Numbered from the stretch's first letter, positions 1 through 9,851 are shown. The stretch is DNA of 39,694 bases from an uncultured archaeon (GCA_902384455.1 CABMCB010000014.1:1-39694); one strand, 5' to 3'. The notes: a model not told the origin generated them from the sequence alone. Translations and numbers: made by a program.

Positions 1-199
1 ATAAGTGGCCGATTAATGTGTATAGTGGGTATCCGGTTGGGTGGGGTACGCCCCAGTAGTATGCGGCGCAGACTAGGTCGCCGCTGTCGCCCGTATAAAC
101 GCTTGGGGCAAGAGTGCGGACATAAACAAGGAGCGCGGCAATGAATACGAAAAAGCACCATGCTGCGGTAGTTGTCTGTTTTTCTGTTTTTTTCGGCAT
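1..199 (-). CDS. DUF2723/TMEM260-like membrane glycosyltransferase (N-terminal part, runs off the window)
   Basis: Not in ORF track. Manual translation from ATG 199: MPKKTEKQTTTAAWCFFVFIAALLVYVRTLAPSVYTGDSGDLVCAAYYWGVPHPTGYPLYTLIGHL, matching the TLAP..DSG..G(V/I)PHPxGYPLY signature. Confidence 0.85.
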   Translation of the reverse strand, partial: MPKKTEKQTTTAAWCFFVFIAALLVYVRTLAPSVYTGDSGDLVCAAYYWGVPHPTGYPLYTLIGHL

Positions 200-209
200 T
201 TCAAGGGGG

Positions 210-812
210 TCAATTGCGCAACGTCTTGTGCTTAGTTATTGCGCTGCGTTCCGCTTCAATTAGCTTCCGTCGAAGGGTTCTATCCACTCCCTCCTCAATG
301 TCCGCGTCGTATACAACCGCAAACTTCAACTTATTTATCCGGTAAATGGACATCGCATGCTTCAACCGTTTTTCAACGTTCTTGTCCCCCTCCCTCCAGT
401 ACTCCACGTAAACGTTCTTCTGCGGCAGATAGAAAGTGGGCCGAAACATCTTCCACAAGCCGTCTTCGTCCGGCAGTCGCAGCCCTTTTTTTTCGTACGT
501 CCACACGATTCCGTTTTCTTCGAACCATCGTGCAATCTCGCGCTCGTATTCCGACTTGAAGACGCACTCCCAAGTTCTATCTCCCCCTCCCGCAGATTCA
601 GCTTTGCCAGACTTGACGTTTGTTCTCGAAGGCGTCGCATGTTCTGTTTTACTCGCTGAAAGTTGTTCTTCTGCAGCATCCTCTATCCGCGAGTACAGAA
701 ACGTCTCAACCGCAAAATAAATCAAAACCAAAAGTATGAGGCCCAAAGCTCCTATGACGCAGCCTGCGGCAAAAATGGCGATGGCGGCCGGAGTATCAAT
801 TGGAAACGCCAT
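210..812 (-). CDS. Membrane-anchored protein with degenerate PD-(D/E)XK-like nuclease domain
   Basis: N-terminal TM helix, low-complexity linker, then KSEYEREIARWF..YE..RPTFYLP..VYVEYW resembling the S-x-x-E..PDFYLP..Y(I/V)EYWG motif. Confidence 0.6.
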   Translation of the reverse strand: MAFPIDTPAAIAIFAAGCVIGALGLILLVLIYFAVETFLYSRIEDAAEEQLSASKTEHATPSRTNVKSGKAESAGGGDRTWECVFKSEYEREIARWFEENGIVWTYEKKGLRLPDEDGLWKMFRPTFYLPQKNVYVEYWREGDKNVEKRLKHAMSIYRINKLKFAVVYDADIEEGVDRTLRRKLIEAERSAITKHKTLRN

Positions 813-855
813 TGTGTCTTAGAAAATAGCGAACAAAGTTAAATGAGCGCTATAG

Positions 856-930
856 TGGGCCCGGCGGGATTTGAACCCGCGACAACCGGATTAGAAGTCC
901 GGTGCCCTATCCAGACTAGGCTACGAGCCC
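856..930 (-). tRNA. tRNA-Arg(UCU)
   Basis: Reverse complement folds as GGGCTCG TA GCCT..GGGC A CCGGA CT TCT AA TCCGG..GCGGG TTCAAAT CCCGC CGGGCCC A. CCA not encoded, no intron. Confidence 0.96.
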
Positions 931-987
931 ATATTTTGGGTTTAGTGTTTGGTTAATCTAAACCTAAATACGCCGTATTCTTTTACG

Positions 988-1000
988 TGAGAAATATATA
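988..1000 (+). promoter_or_regulatory. Putative BRE/TATA promoter of the glyA operon
   Basis: GAGAAATATATA about 35-45 nt upstream of the glyA ATG. Confidence 0.5.
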
Positions 1001-1035
1001 GGTTACGTTGTCTTATAGGTTGTGGTTGATTTACC

Positions 1036-2292
1036 ATGAAACACGGCCCATACGTTGATACCCTCTCACAGGTCGACCCTGAAGTTTACGAAGCCATACG
1101 CAAGGAAACAATCCGGCAGAACACGACGCTGCAGTTGATTGCAAGCGAAAGCCCCTCGTCGCTTGCCGTGCTTGCCGCGTCAGGGTCAGTGATGACCAAC
1201 AAATACGCCGAAGGATACCCCCACAAAAGGTACTACGGCGGCTGCGAATACATGGACACAGTCGAAGACTTGGCCATAGAGCGCGCCAAAAAAATCTTCG
1301 GCTGCGAACACGTAAACGTCCAACCTCACTCCGGAAGCCAAGCAAACGCCGCAGCATACATGGCAGTCATGAAACCCGGCGACACGTTGCTTGGAATGGA
1401 CTTAAGCCACGGCGGGCACCTTACGCACGGCCACCCGCTGAGCTTCAGCGGCATACTCTACAAAGCCACCCACTACACGGTTTCACCTAAGACCGAAACA
1501 TTGGATATGGCGGAAGTGGCGGCCAAAGCGCGTGAAGTCAAACCTAAAGTCATTGTCACCGGATACAGCGCCTACCCGCGCACAATAGATTTCAAGGCCT
1601 TCAGGGAAGTCGCAGACGAAGTCGGCGCATACCTAGTCGCAGACATAGCCCACATAGCAGGCCTTGTCGCCGCTGGCGCACATCCGTCTCCTGTGCCTTA
1701 CGCTGACTTCGTGACGACTACCACTCATAAGACTCTTCGCGGTCCTCGAGGTGCAATAGTGATGTGCAAGGAGGCGCACGCTAAGGCGTTGGATAAGGCG
1801 GTGTTTCCCGGATTGCAGGGTGGTCCTTTCATGCACCTTATTGCCGCCAAGGCGGTCGCATTCAACGAGGCGTTGCAACCTGAGTGGAAGAAGACTCAGA
1901 ATCAGGTTGTAGTCAACGCCAAGAAACTGTGCGGCACACTTTCTAGCCGAGGGTTCAGAATGGTATCAGGAGGTACAGATAATCATCTGATGCTTGTTGA
2001 CGTGACTGGAAAGAAGCTGACAGGCAAGGAAGCGGAAGCCGCTCTTGGGGCTGCAGGAATAACAGTCAACAAGAACACCATCCCCTTCGACAAGAATCCG
2101 CCTTTCGTCGCAAGCGGAGTCCGCATAGGAACTCCGTCAGTATCGTACCGCGGCATGAAGGAAGCAGAGATGGACTTAATCGGCGGATTCATCGCGGACG
2201 TGCTGGAGCAGCCGGCAAACGCTGAAGTAGCAGGCCACGTTAAGAAGGATGTGCTTGATTTGTGCGGGCGCTTCCCTTTGTATCCTCTATGA
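1036..2292 (+). CDS. glyA: Serine hydroxymethyltransferase, bacterial type
   Basis: [31 protein letters not shown] and PLP-lysine motif [13 protein letters not shown]. Confidence 0.97.
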   Translation: MKHGPYVDTLSQVDPEVYEAIRKETIRQNTTLQLIASESPSSLAVLAASGSVMTNKYAEGYPHKRYYGGCEYMDTVEDLAIERAKKIFGCEHVNVQPHSGSQANAAAYMAVMKPGDTLLGMDLSHGGHLTHGHPLSFSGILYKATHYTVSPKTETLDMAEVAAKAREVKPKVIVTGYSAYPRTIDFKAFREVADEVGAYLVADIAHIAGLVAAGAHPSPVPYADFVTTTTHKTLRGPRGAIVMCKEAHAKALDKAVFPGLQGGPFMHLIAAKAVAFNEALQPEWKKTQNQVVVNAKKLCGTLSSRGFRMVSGGTDNHLMLVDVTGKKLTGKEAEAALGAAGITVNKNTIPFDKNPPFVASGVRIGTPSVSYRGMKEAEMDLIGGFIADVLEQPANAEVAGHVKKDVLDLCGRFPLYPL

Positions 2293-3137
2293 CTGCAGTG
2301 GTGATAAACGGCACGGCGGTTGCTTTGAGGATACGGGAGGAAGTGCGCCGTGAAGTGGAAAAGTTTAAGGCAAAACATGGGTTTCCGCCGGGTCTTGCGA
2401 CTGTTCTTGTCGGGGATGATTCGGCAAGCCGCATGTATGTTGGGATGAAGCATAAGGCGTGCGGTGAGGCTGGATTTTATTCTGAAAATCATGCTCTGCC
2501 GTCGTCTGCGTCTCAGAAAGATGTCGAGGCGCTTGTGAAGACGTTGAATGAAAGCAAGAAGATACATGGGATACTCGTTCAAGTCCCTCTGCCTAAGCAT
2601 CTGGATGAAAGCCGCATACTTGATTTGGTTTCCCCCTCAAAGGACGTAGATGGGTTCAGCAGCGTAAATCAGGGGCTTCTAATGAAAGGTGAGCCGCCTC
2701 TTGTTGCGGCAACCCCGAAAGGTGTAATCCGCTTAATTGAAGAGGTCACTTCGATTGCGGGGAAAAACGTCGTCGTAATCAACAGGAGCACCATCGTAGG
2801 CAAGCCGCTAATATTCCTGCTTCTAAACCGCGACGCAACAGTAACCGTCTGCCACAGCAAAACAAAGAATCTGGCGTCCCACACGCGGCAGGCAGACATA
2901 CTCATTACCGCAGTGGGGAAGGCAGGAATAATAAAAGCGGGCATGATTAAGCCCGGCGCAACAGTCATCGACGCAGGAACCGCCGTAGTCGACGGAAAGG
3001 CTCGCGGGGACGTGGCGTTCGACGAAGCAAAAGAGGTCGCAGGCCACATAACTCCCGTGCCTGGAGGAGTCGGGCCTATGACTATCGCGATGCTTCTTGA
3101 GAATACTCTCGTAGCCGCTAAAAACGCTCATTTATAA
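2289..3137 (+). CDS. folD: Methylenetetrahydrofolate dehydrogenase/cyclohydrolase
   Basis: YxxxK (YVGMK), [24 protein letters not shown]. Start placed at ATG 2289, overlapping the glyA stop (ATGA). Confidence 0.95.
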   Translation: MTAVVINGTAVALRIREEVRREVEKFKAKHGFPPGLATVLVGDDSASRMYVGMKHKACGEAGFYSENHALPSSASQKDVEALVKTLNESKKIHGILVQVPLPKHLDESRILDLVSPSKDVDGFSSVNQGLLMKGEPPLVAATPKGVIRLIEEVTSIAGKNVVVINRSTIVGKPLIFLLLNRDATVTVCHSKTKNLASHTRQADILITAVGKAGIIKAGMIKPGATVIDAGTAVVDGKARGDVAFDEAKEVAGHITPVPGGVGPMTIAMLLENTLVAAKNAHL

Positions 3138-3171
3138 TTCCTTCCGTCAAAGTCCTCTACCGGTGGCTTCC

Positions 3172-4720
3172 ATGGGAACACGCAGGGCGCTCATTTCAGT
3201 CTCGGATAAAACCGGTATAATCGACTTTTCTAAGAAGCTCAGTCACTTAGGGTTCGAAATCATAAGCACAGGCGGAACCGCGAAAACGCTGCGCGAAAAC
3301 AAAATACCAGTTATAGACGTGGCGTCAGTCACTGAGTTCCCTGAAATACTTGAAGGCCGCCTTAAGACGCTTCATCCTAAGGTTTTTGGGGGTATTTCTT
3401 GCGCGCAGGAGTAAGCCGTTGCATGTTAAGCAGATGACTGAGGCTGGCATTTCTCCTATTGTTTTGGTTGTCGTCAATCTGTATCCTTTTGAGGAGGTGG
3501 CTTCTAAGGGTGCTGGCGTTGAGGAGGCGATAGAGAACATTGATATCGGTGGTCCGTCTCTTATTCGCGCTGCGGCGAAGAATCATGAGTCGGTTGCTGT
3601 CGTAACTTCTCCGGCGCAATACGATGCGGTAATCACGGAGCTTGAGGAAAACAAGGGGGAGTTATCTGTAAAAACCCGCGCAAACCTGGCCATATCCGCA
3701 TTCCAATACACGAGTTCTTACGACGCAATAATCTACGACTACTTAAGCCGGCTTTTGGGCGCCGGAGAGAAATTCCCCGCAGTCCTCCCTTTCACTTACA
3801 GGAAAGTGCGCGACTTAAGGTACGGGGAAAACCCGCACCAGCAGGCTGCTTTTTACCGCAAGCCGCTGCTTACTGAGCCGAGCGTCACAAGCGCAGTTCA
3901 GCGTCACGGCGTAAAACAACTCTCTTTCAACAACATACTCGACCTAAACGATGCGCTGGAGCTCGTGAGGGAGTTCTCGCAGCCGGCTGCCGCAGTAATC
4001 AAGCACACTAACCCGTGTGGAGTGGCCATCGCAGATTCAATTAATAACGCCTACAAGAGGGCGCTGGGCACAGACCCCACGAGTGCTTACGGGGGCGTAG
4101 TAGGCCTCAACCGTGTGTGTGACGCGTTTACTGCGGAGCAGATTACTGCGACGTTCATTGAAGCGGTCATAGCTCCAGGGTACACTGACGACGCGATTGA
4201 AGTGCTTAAGAAGAAGCCTAATCTTAGGGTCATGGATTCCGGCCCATTGTCTGAAGTGCGCGGAGGATTCGACATAAAGAAGGTTGTCGGGGGACTGTTG
4301 GTTCAGGATAGGGACGTAAAGCAGGTTGAGGAAGACAAGCTTGTCGTGAAGTCTAAGCGCGCCCCCACCAAGCAGGAGCTTGTAGACATGATTTTCGCAT
4401 GGAAAGTCAACCGCCACGTGAAATCTAACGCTATTGTGCTCGCTAAAGACGGCCGCACCACCGGCATAGGCGCGGGCCAGATGAGCCGCGTGGACGCGGT
4501 TAAGATTGCTGTGGAAAAAAGCCACGGCGAAAGCAAAGGCAGCGCGTTGGCGTCTGACGCGTTTTTCCCTTTCCGCGACGGCGTGGACGAAGCCGCTAAA
4601 GGCGGTGTGACCGCGGTTATTCACCCGGGCGGGAGCATACGTGACGGTGAAGTTATTGCGTCCGCTGACGAGCATAACATTGCGATGGTGTTCACTGGAA
4701 TACGGTGTTTTAAGCACTGA
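3172..4720 (+). pseudogene. purH: Bifunctional AICAR transformylase/IMP cyclohydrolase with a single frameshift near 3395-3397 (real lesion or assembly error)
   Basis: First frame: [28 protein letters not shown]. Second frame: LARR..VVNLYPF..IDIGGP..LRYGENPHQ..KHTNPCG..SDAFFPF. Removing one T from ATTTCTT restores GGILARR. Confidence 0.9.
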
Positions 4721-4758
4721 TTTTTCTCTTAATCTTTGGCGCAGATTGTAAAACACGT

Positions 4759-6060
4759 ATGGATTATGAAGAGTCGCGCAGGTACTTGGAGCGCTTAAGG
4801 TATAGGGGCGGGATTAAGCTGCGACTTGACGTCCCGCGCAGGCTGCTTAATGAACTCGGTAATCCCCAGAAGGAATACGATTGCGTCCATGTGGCGGGCA
4901 CAAACGGCAAAGGAAGCGTGTGCAACTACCTCTACCACATACTTCATACGGCAGGATACCGCGCAGGACTCTACTCAAAGCCCTACCTCATAGATTTCAC
5001 GGAAGAAATCCAAACAGACGGTCACCCCGTACCCCCAAAATTCGTATCCTCATTCATAACCACGCAGCAGCATAATGTCCGCGCGCTCTCGTCTCAAATC
5101 CGGCCGCCAACTGCATTCGAAATAGAGACCGCCCTCGCATTAACGTACTTCCGCGAAAAAGGAGTTCAGGCAGCCGTGCTTGAAACAGGACTGGGCGGCC
5201 GGCTTGACGCCACAAACGTAGTCTCGCCAGTTGTGTCGGCAATTACTCCAATAGACTTCGACCACATGGAATACTTAGGCAAAACTCTTCCCGCAATCGC
5301 CAAAGAAAAAGCGGCTATAATAAAATCCCGAACTCCTGCGGTGTCGGCAAAGCAAAGGCCCGAGGCGTTAAAGGTCCTTAAGGCGCGGGCAAAGAAGATT
5401 AACGCTCCCCTTACTATCGTGGGGGAAGACGTATTTTTCAAGCTGAAATCAAGCACAATCAAAGGAGTGCGCTTCAGTTACGACGGGAGAATCATGTCCT
5501 TCAAGAACGTGCGGCTGGGCAATCTAGGTTTCCATCAAGCGCACAACGCATCAATAGCATTGGCCACTACGGAATGCCTGATAGATAGAGGATACGAGCT
5601 TCCGAAAGCCAAAATACTAAACAGCCTTTATGACGCGAAGTGGTCTGGTCGGCTTGATGTCGTCCAGAAGAGTCCCACTGTCATAGTAGACGGAAGCCAC
5701 AATCCGCAGGGGTTGACGAATCTTATGGAGAACGTCAGGCACATTTTCCCTCGACGCCGCATAATCCTCGTTGTAGGCCTCACTGCGTCTAAGCCACTGG
5801 AGGCTTGCATAAAGACTCTTGCGCCTTACGTTGACGTGGTTTTTGCAACCGTGACAAAAAGAGTGGCCGCACATTCTCCTGCGGAAATATCAAATGAATT
5901 CAGAAAGCACGGTATCCAAACCTATCTCGCAAATGATGTAGCGGCGGCCGTTTCTAATGCGCTTAAGGCGGCAGGGAAAAATGATGTGGTCCTGATTACA
6001 GGCAGCCTTTACATGGCCGGCGACGCATTAAAAAGGTGGAGAAAAAAGATTATCGTATAA
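4759..6060 (+). CDS. folC: Folylpolyglutamate synthase/dihydrofolate synthase
   Basis: HVAGTNGKGS, ETGLGGRLDATN, DHMEYLG, GRL, DGSHNP, TGSLY. Confidence 0.93.
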   Translation: MDYEESRRYLERLRYRGGIKLRLDVPRRLLNELGNPQKEYDCVHVAGTNGKGSVCNYLYHILHTAGYRAGLYSKPYLIDFTEEIQTDGHPVPPKFVSSFITTQQHNVRALSSQIRPPTAFEIETALALTYFREKGVQAAVLETGLGGRLDATNVVSPVVSAITPIDFDHMEYLGKTLPAIAKEKAAIIKSRTPAVSAKQRPEALKVLKARAKKINAPLTIVGEDVFFKLKSSTIKGVRFSYDGRIMSFKNVRLGNLGFHQAHNASIALATTECLIDRGYELPKAKILNSLYDAKWSGRLDVVQKSPTVIVDGSHNPQGLTNLMENVRHIFPRRRIILVVGLTASKPLEACIKTLAPYVDVVFATVTKRVAAHSPAEISNEFRKHGIQTYLANDVAAAVSNALKAAGKNDVVLITGSLYMAGDALKRWRKKIIV

Positions 6061-6061
6061 A

Positions 6062-6889
6062 ATGCCACCTCAGAAACATACGCTCACTTTTGGCAAGCGC
6101 ACTCTCGTGATGGGAATACTCAACGTCACACCCGACTCATTCAGCGACGGCGGAAAATACTTCTCTCAAAAAGAAGCGGCCGTCCACGCAAAAAAAATGG
6201 TTGCTGACGGCGCAGACATAATAGACGTCGGAGGTGAAAGCACCCGCCCGGGAAGCGCAGTCGTATCCGCAGAAGAAGAATTAAAACGAGTCATACCCGC
6301 AATAAAATCGGCGGCCGACCTCGGCGTTCCAATATCAATCGATACAAGCAAGCCGCAGGTGGCGAAGGCCGCGCTTGAGGCGGGCGCAACAATAGTAAAC
6401 GACGTTTATGGGCTGCGGCAGGATGGGATGGTTGATGTTGCGGCTGGTTTTGGTTGCCGTGTGGTGATAATGCACATGCAGGGTACGCCTAAGACTATGC
6501 AGGTTAATCCCACATACAGGGACGTCGTTGGGGACATAAAGGATTTCTTTAACGAGAGGATTGTTGCGTGTGAAAAAGCGGGAGTCAAAAAGAAGAACAT
6601 AATAATCGACCCCGGAGTCGGGTTCGGTAAAACCCTTCAGCATAACATTGAAATTATCCGGCGTCTTCAGGAATTCAAAAGTTTAGGGTGTCCGGTGCTT
6701 GTTGGTGTAAGCAGAAAAAGGTTCATAGGAGACCTGACGGGGTTGCCGACTGAGGAGCGCCTTGAGGGAACAATCGCAGCGGTCACTGCGTGCGTCCTAA
6801 ACGGCGCGGACGTTGTGCGCGTTCACGACGTTAAGGAATGTGTTCACGCAGTCAAAATCGCGGACTCAATCGCGCGTATAAAGGTTTAA
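6062..6889 (+). CDS. folP: Dihydropteroate synthase, bacterial type
   Basis: MGILNVTPDSFSDGG, DVGGESTRPG, IIIDPGVGFGK, SRKRF, RVHDV. Confidence 0.96.
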   Translation: MPPQKHTLTFGKRTLVMGILNVTPDSFSDGGKYFSQKEAAVHAKKMVADGADIIDVGGESTRPGSAVVSAEEELKRVIPAIKSAADLGVPISIDTSKPQVAKAALEAGATIVNDVYGLRQDGMVDVAAGFGCRVVIMHMQGTPKTMQVNPTYRDVVGDIKDFFNERIVACEKAGVKKKNIIIDPGVGFGKTLQHNIEIIRRLQEFKSLGCPVLVGVSRKRFIGDLTGLPTEERLEGTIAAVTACVLNGADVVRVHDVKECVHAVKIADSIARIKV

Positions 6890-6919
6890 GCTGAAAAACG
6901 CAATCACTAATCAAGACAA

Positions 6920-7588
6920 ATGAAAAGGAAAGGCGGGCAAAAAGAGAAACTCAAAGTCGGCGTTCTCGTATCGGGAAACGGAAGCAACCTGCAGGCGATA
7001 ATAGACGCGATAGAGCGCGGCGAAATATCAAACGCAGAAATCGCCATAGTGCTCTCCGACAACCCTGAAGCATTCGCTCTTGAACGCGCCAAAAAACACG
7101 GCATCCCGGCAGAAGTAATAAAACGCGAAGACTACCCTGACAAAGCAGCACACAACCTAGCGCTCGCGGCCAGCCTCAAAAAACACGGCGTGAAACTAGT
7201 CTGCCTTGCAGGATACATGCGCATAGTATCGGCGGAACTGCTGAACCAATTCCCAAACAGCGTAATGAACATACACCCCGCACTGCTGCCAAGCTTCCCA
7301 GGATTGCACGCTCAAAAACAGGCATTCGAGCACGGAGTGAAAATAAGCGGCTGCACAGTACACTTCGCAGACCCGCAAGTAGATGCCGGCCCAATCATAA
7401 TCCAGGCCGCAGTTCCAGTTCATTCAGGCGACACAGAAAAGACGCTGGCAGACCGCATACTAGTCGAAGAACACAAATGCTACCCCCTGGCAATAAAATG
7501 GTTTGCTGAAGGCAGACTCTCTGTTGTAGGCCGCAATGTCGTGCTTGAGGGCGGGGAGCCGGAGCATTTTGCCGTCAGGAATCCGTAA
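6920..7588 (+). CDS. purN: Phosphoribosylglycinamide formyltransferase
   Basis: SGNGSNLQA, LAGYMRI, NIHPALLPSFPG, GCTVH, DAGPII. Confidence 0.96.
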   Translation: MKRKGGQKEKLKVGVLVSGNGSNLQAIIDAIERGEISNAEIAIVLSDNPEAFALERAKKHGIPAEVIKREDYPDKAAHNLALAASLKKHGVKLVCLAGYMRIVSAELLNQFPNSVMNIHPALLPSFPGLHAQKQAFEHGVKISGCTVHFADPQVDAGPIIIQAAVPVHSGDTEKTLADRILVEEHKCYPLAIKWFAEGRLSVVGRNVVLEGGEPEHFAVRNP

Positions 7589-7591
7589 TCC

Positions 7592-7601
7592 TCTTTTTTT
7601 T
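7592..7601 (+). terminator. Oligo-T putative archaeal terminator after purN
   Basis: T8 run directly after the purN stop. Confidence 0.4.
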
Positions 7602-7626
7602 ATCGTCATACGTTGTTTTCTTTAAC

Positions 7627-7971
7627 ATGAGAGTTCAGGTCGTACTTCTGTTTTTGGCGTTGGTCGTGTACTCTTCAGGCTGTACCGAACAGGAAGGCGC
7701 TCCAAACACCGTTGTTAATGCCATGGAATCCGGAAACCCAAACGCCTGCTCAGACCTGAAGGAAGACTCAATCCGGGACGCATGCTACTCCGCCGCGGCT
7801 ATAGGGAACCTTAGCGTAGACTATTGCATGCGGGTGAAAAGCGACCAGTCAAGAAACATATGCATAATGGGCGTCGCAATAGGCACGCTCGACGAAGGGG
7901 CATGCGGACGCATAAGCGACGCAAACCAGCAGAAAAGCTGCAGAGAATCAGTTCAGGCCGCGCACGGCTAA
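7627..7971 (+). CDS. Small secreted or lipid-anchored Cys-repeat protein
   Basis: Hydrophobic signal ending SSGC, then three ~26-aa repeats with C-x11-C spacing. Confidence 0.75.
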   Translation: MRVQVVLLFLALVVYSSGCTEQEGAPNTVVNAMESGNPNACSDLKEDSIRDACYSAAAIGNLSVDYCMRVKSDQSRNICIMGVAIGTLDEGACGRISDANQQKSCRESVQAAHG

Positions 7972-8567
7972 ATACTGCCGAACAAAAGAATAATCGCCGT
8001 CAGAATCCAAGGTATGCTTACGTTGTCGTCGTAGAAAACGTAGAACTCAACGATCGCGCCAGCAAAAGCAAGAGCCGCCGCCTCACGCAGAGGCACGAAA
8101 AACATCGCTGTTGCGGCGGCGAAAACGATGAAAGCGAACGTTCCTTCGGCCGACTTGTTGGCTATCCTGCGTGTTCCGCATGTTTTCCCAACCAATGTGG
8201 CCATGCCGTCGCCTACGGACAACACCATCATTACCGCGCAGGCCTCGTTCACCGGGAGCAGGAGCATTGGCGCAAGGACTCCGATTCCGTACATTAGGGC
8301 TCCTTTGTAGGGAAACGTTTCCTTGTCTTTCTCCCTCTCGAAGTGCCTAAGCAGGAAATCGTGCATGGGCCTCCATGTTTCGACTCTCTTGAGCGTAAGG
8401 ATGAATAGTATCGCAGCAATCATTGGGACGGCAATCCACCGGCCCCATATAGGCTTAAGCAGGTATACGCTGAACGTTATGGCCACTCCGCCCACCAGAT
8501 GGAAGATCTTCCTCTTCACCTCAAGCCGGAGTTCTTCTGCGTTCGAAGCCTTCATATCAATAAACAC
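7968..8567 (-). CDS. Dolichol/polyprenol kinase-like membrane protein (SEC59/DGK1/VTE5 family)
   Basis: RKIFH, GDGMATLVGK, KSAEG, DDN motifs and multiple TMs. Start may be the ATG at 8555. Confidence 0.82.
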   Translation of the reverse strand: MFIDMKASNAEELRLEVKRKIFHLVGGVAITFSVYLLKPIWGRWIAVPMIAAILFILTLKRVETWRPMHDFLLRHFEREKDKETFPYKGALMYGIGVLAPMLLLPVNEACAVMMVLSVGDGMATLVGKTCGTRRIANKSAEGTFAFIVFAAATAMFFVPLREAAALAFAGAIVEFYVFYDDNVSIPWILTAIILLFGSI

Positions 8568-9851
8568 CTAATACGCCTTCTCCCATTTATTCACGCCACC
8601 CATGGACGCCCGCGAAACAACCGCCTTAAGCAGCGGCCAGATGTAGAATAGCATGACCATTACTGAGTACGGGAAGAAGAAGAAGAACGCTATGAAATGG
8701 CGGACGTCGGGTCTGCCTTCAAATTTGATCAATCCAAGCGTAGTGTATGTTATGTTTAAAGCGAATGAGATGAGCACCAGAAGGAAGAATGTCGTGAAAG
8801 CGTATACTCCAGTCAGCGTCCTATACGCGTATTCTATCATCCCGTATGCTGAAAGCCAGCCGAAGAAATACCTGAATGCGTTGTAGGAGAACTGCTGGTT
8901 GTATGTGACGAAATACATGAAATACCCCTGCATAATCTGGTACGCAGTTATGGGGATTACCACGAGGCCGTGTATGAACCAGTAAATTTGCGTTGGAATG
9001 CCGTATAACCCTATGGCGCCGTAATTGGGATTTAGGAATACGTCTTTGTGTTTGCGCAGAACCTGGAGTGTTCCCCTTCCCCACCTTATACGTTGTTTAG
9101 CTAACGAGGGGAGAGTCTGCGGCAGATTAGTGTGGATTACGGCTTTAGGCGCCATAGTAAGCAGCCAGCCTTTTTTCCTCAACCTAAGGCCGATGTCTAT
9201 GTCCTCTGATAGGGTGTCTGTGGACAGTCCTCCTACTGCTTCGAGAGCTTCTTTCTTGAATGCCACAAGGCACGGAAGTATGTATGTGCTGTTTATGTTG
9301 TTGTACACCCACCTCCATGCGGCGGACAATACGAACTCAAAATCCTGAAACCACGTGATTGGGTTGCTGTTCATGTTGCCGCGTATGACGCCTGAAACCG
9401 CGCCGATTCTTTCGTCTGCGAGCGGCGCAACCACCTCCCTAAGCGTCTGTTTTTCCATCGTGGTGTCTGCGTCAATCACCACCAAAATCCCGTAACGCGC
9501 AGACTTAGACGCAAGGTTGATGGCCATGGACTTGCCTCCGTGACTGCCCTTAAGCAGGCGTATGCGGGAGTCATTTGCAGCCATCCTCTTGATTACCTCC
9601 TCCGTCCTGTCCGTTGAGCCGTCATCCACGACTAGAACCTCAAATTCGGCCGGGTAATCGCTGTCTAATACGCTTTCTAAAGTGGCTTCTATGTACTTCT
9701 CTTCGTTGTGGGCCGGAACGACAACAGACGTCGAAGGAAAAGAACCGCTGTAGCAAACGCCGCGCTTTGCCGGCTTAAGCATAAGGAAAATCCAGCCGGA
9801 GTAAATGGTTATGAGGATTACGAATACGACGGAGAGTATCTGCTCAATCAT
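8568..9851 (-). CDS. Membrane GT2 glycosyltransferase, processive type (cellulose synthase/PgaC-like)
   Basis: VPAHNEE, DDGSTD, DAD, SED and QRIRW (QxxRW), plus C-terminal TMs. Confidence 0.9.
   Translation of the reverse strand: MIEQILSVVFVILITIYSGWIFLMLKPAKRGVCYSGSFPSTSVVVPAHNEEKYIEATLESVLDSDYPAEFEVLVVDDGSTDRTEEVIKRMAANDSRIRLLKGSHGGKSMAINLASKSARYGILVVIDADTTMEKQTLREVVAPLADERIGAVSGVIRGNMNSNPITWFQDFEFVLSAAWRWVYNNINSTYILPCLVAFKKEALEAVGGLSTDTLSEDIDIGLRLRKKGWLLTMAPKAVIHTNLPQTLPSLAKQRIRWGRGTLQVLRKHKDVFLNPNYGAIGLYGIPTQIYWFIHGLVVIPITAYQIMQGYFMYFVTYNQQFSYNAFRYFFGWLSAYGMIEYAYRTLTGVYAFTTFFLLVLISFALNITYTTLGLIKFEGRPDVRHFIAFFFFFPYSVMVMLFYIWPLLKAVVSRASMGGVNKWEKAY

Noticed and set aside
931-1035. ZTP or THF riboswitch ahead of the folate/purine operon
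   Set aside because: The spacer is short, AT-rich and taken up by divergent promoters. No aptamer consensus was recognised.
856-7600. Folate operon as a tRNA-integrated island
   Set aside because: The operon is on the 5' side of the tRNA. No integrase, no duplicated tRNA 3' end and no compositional break were seen.
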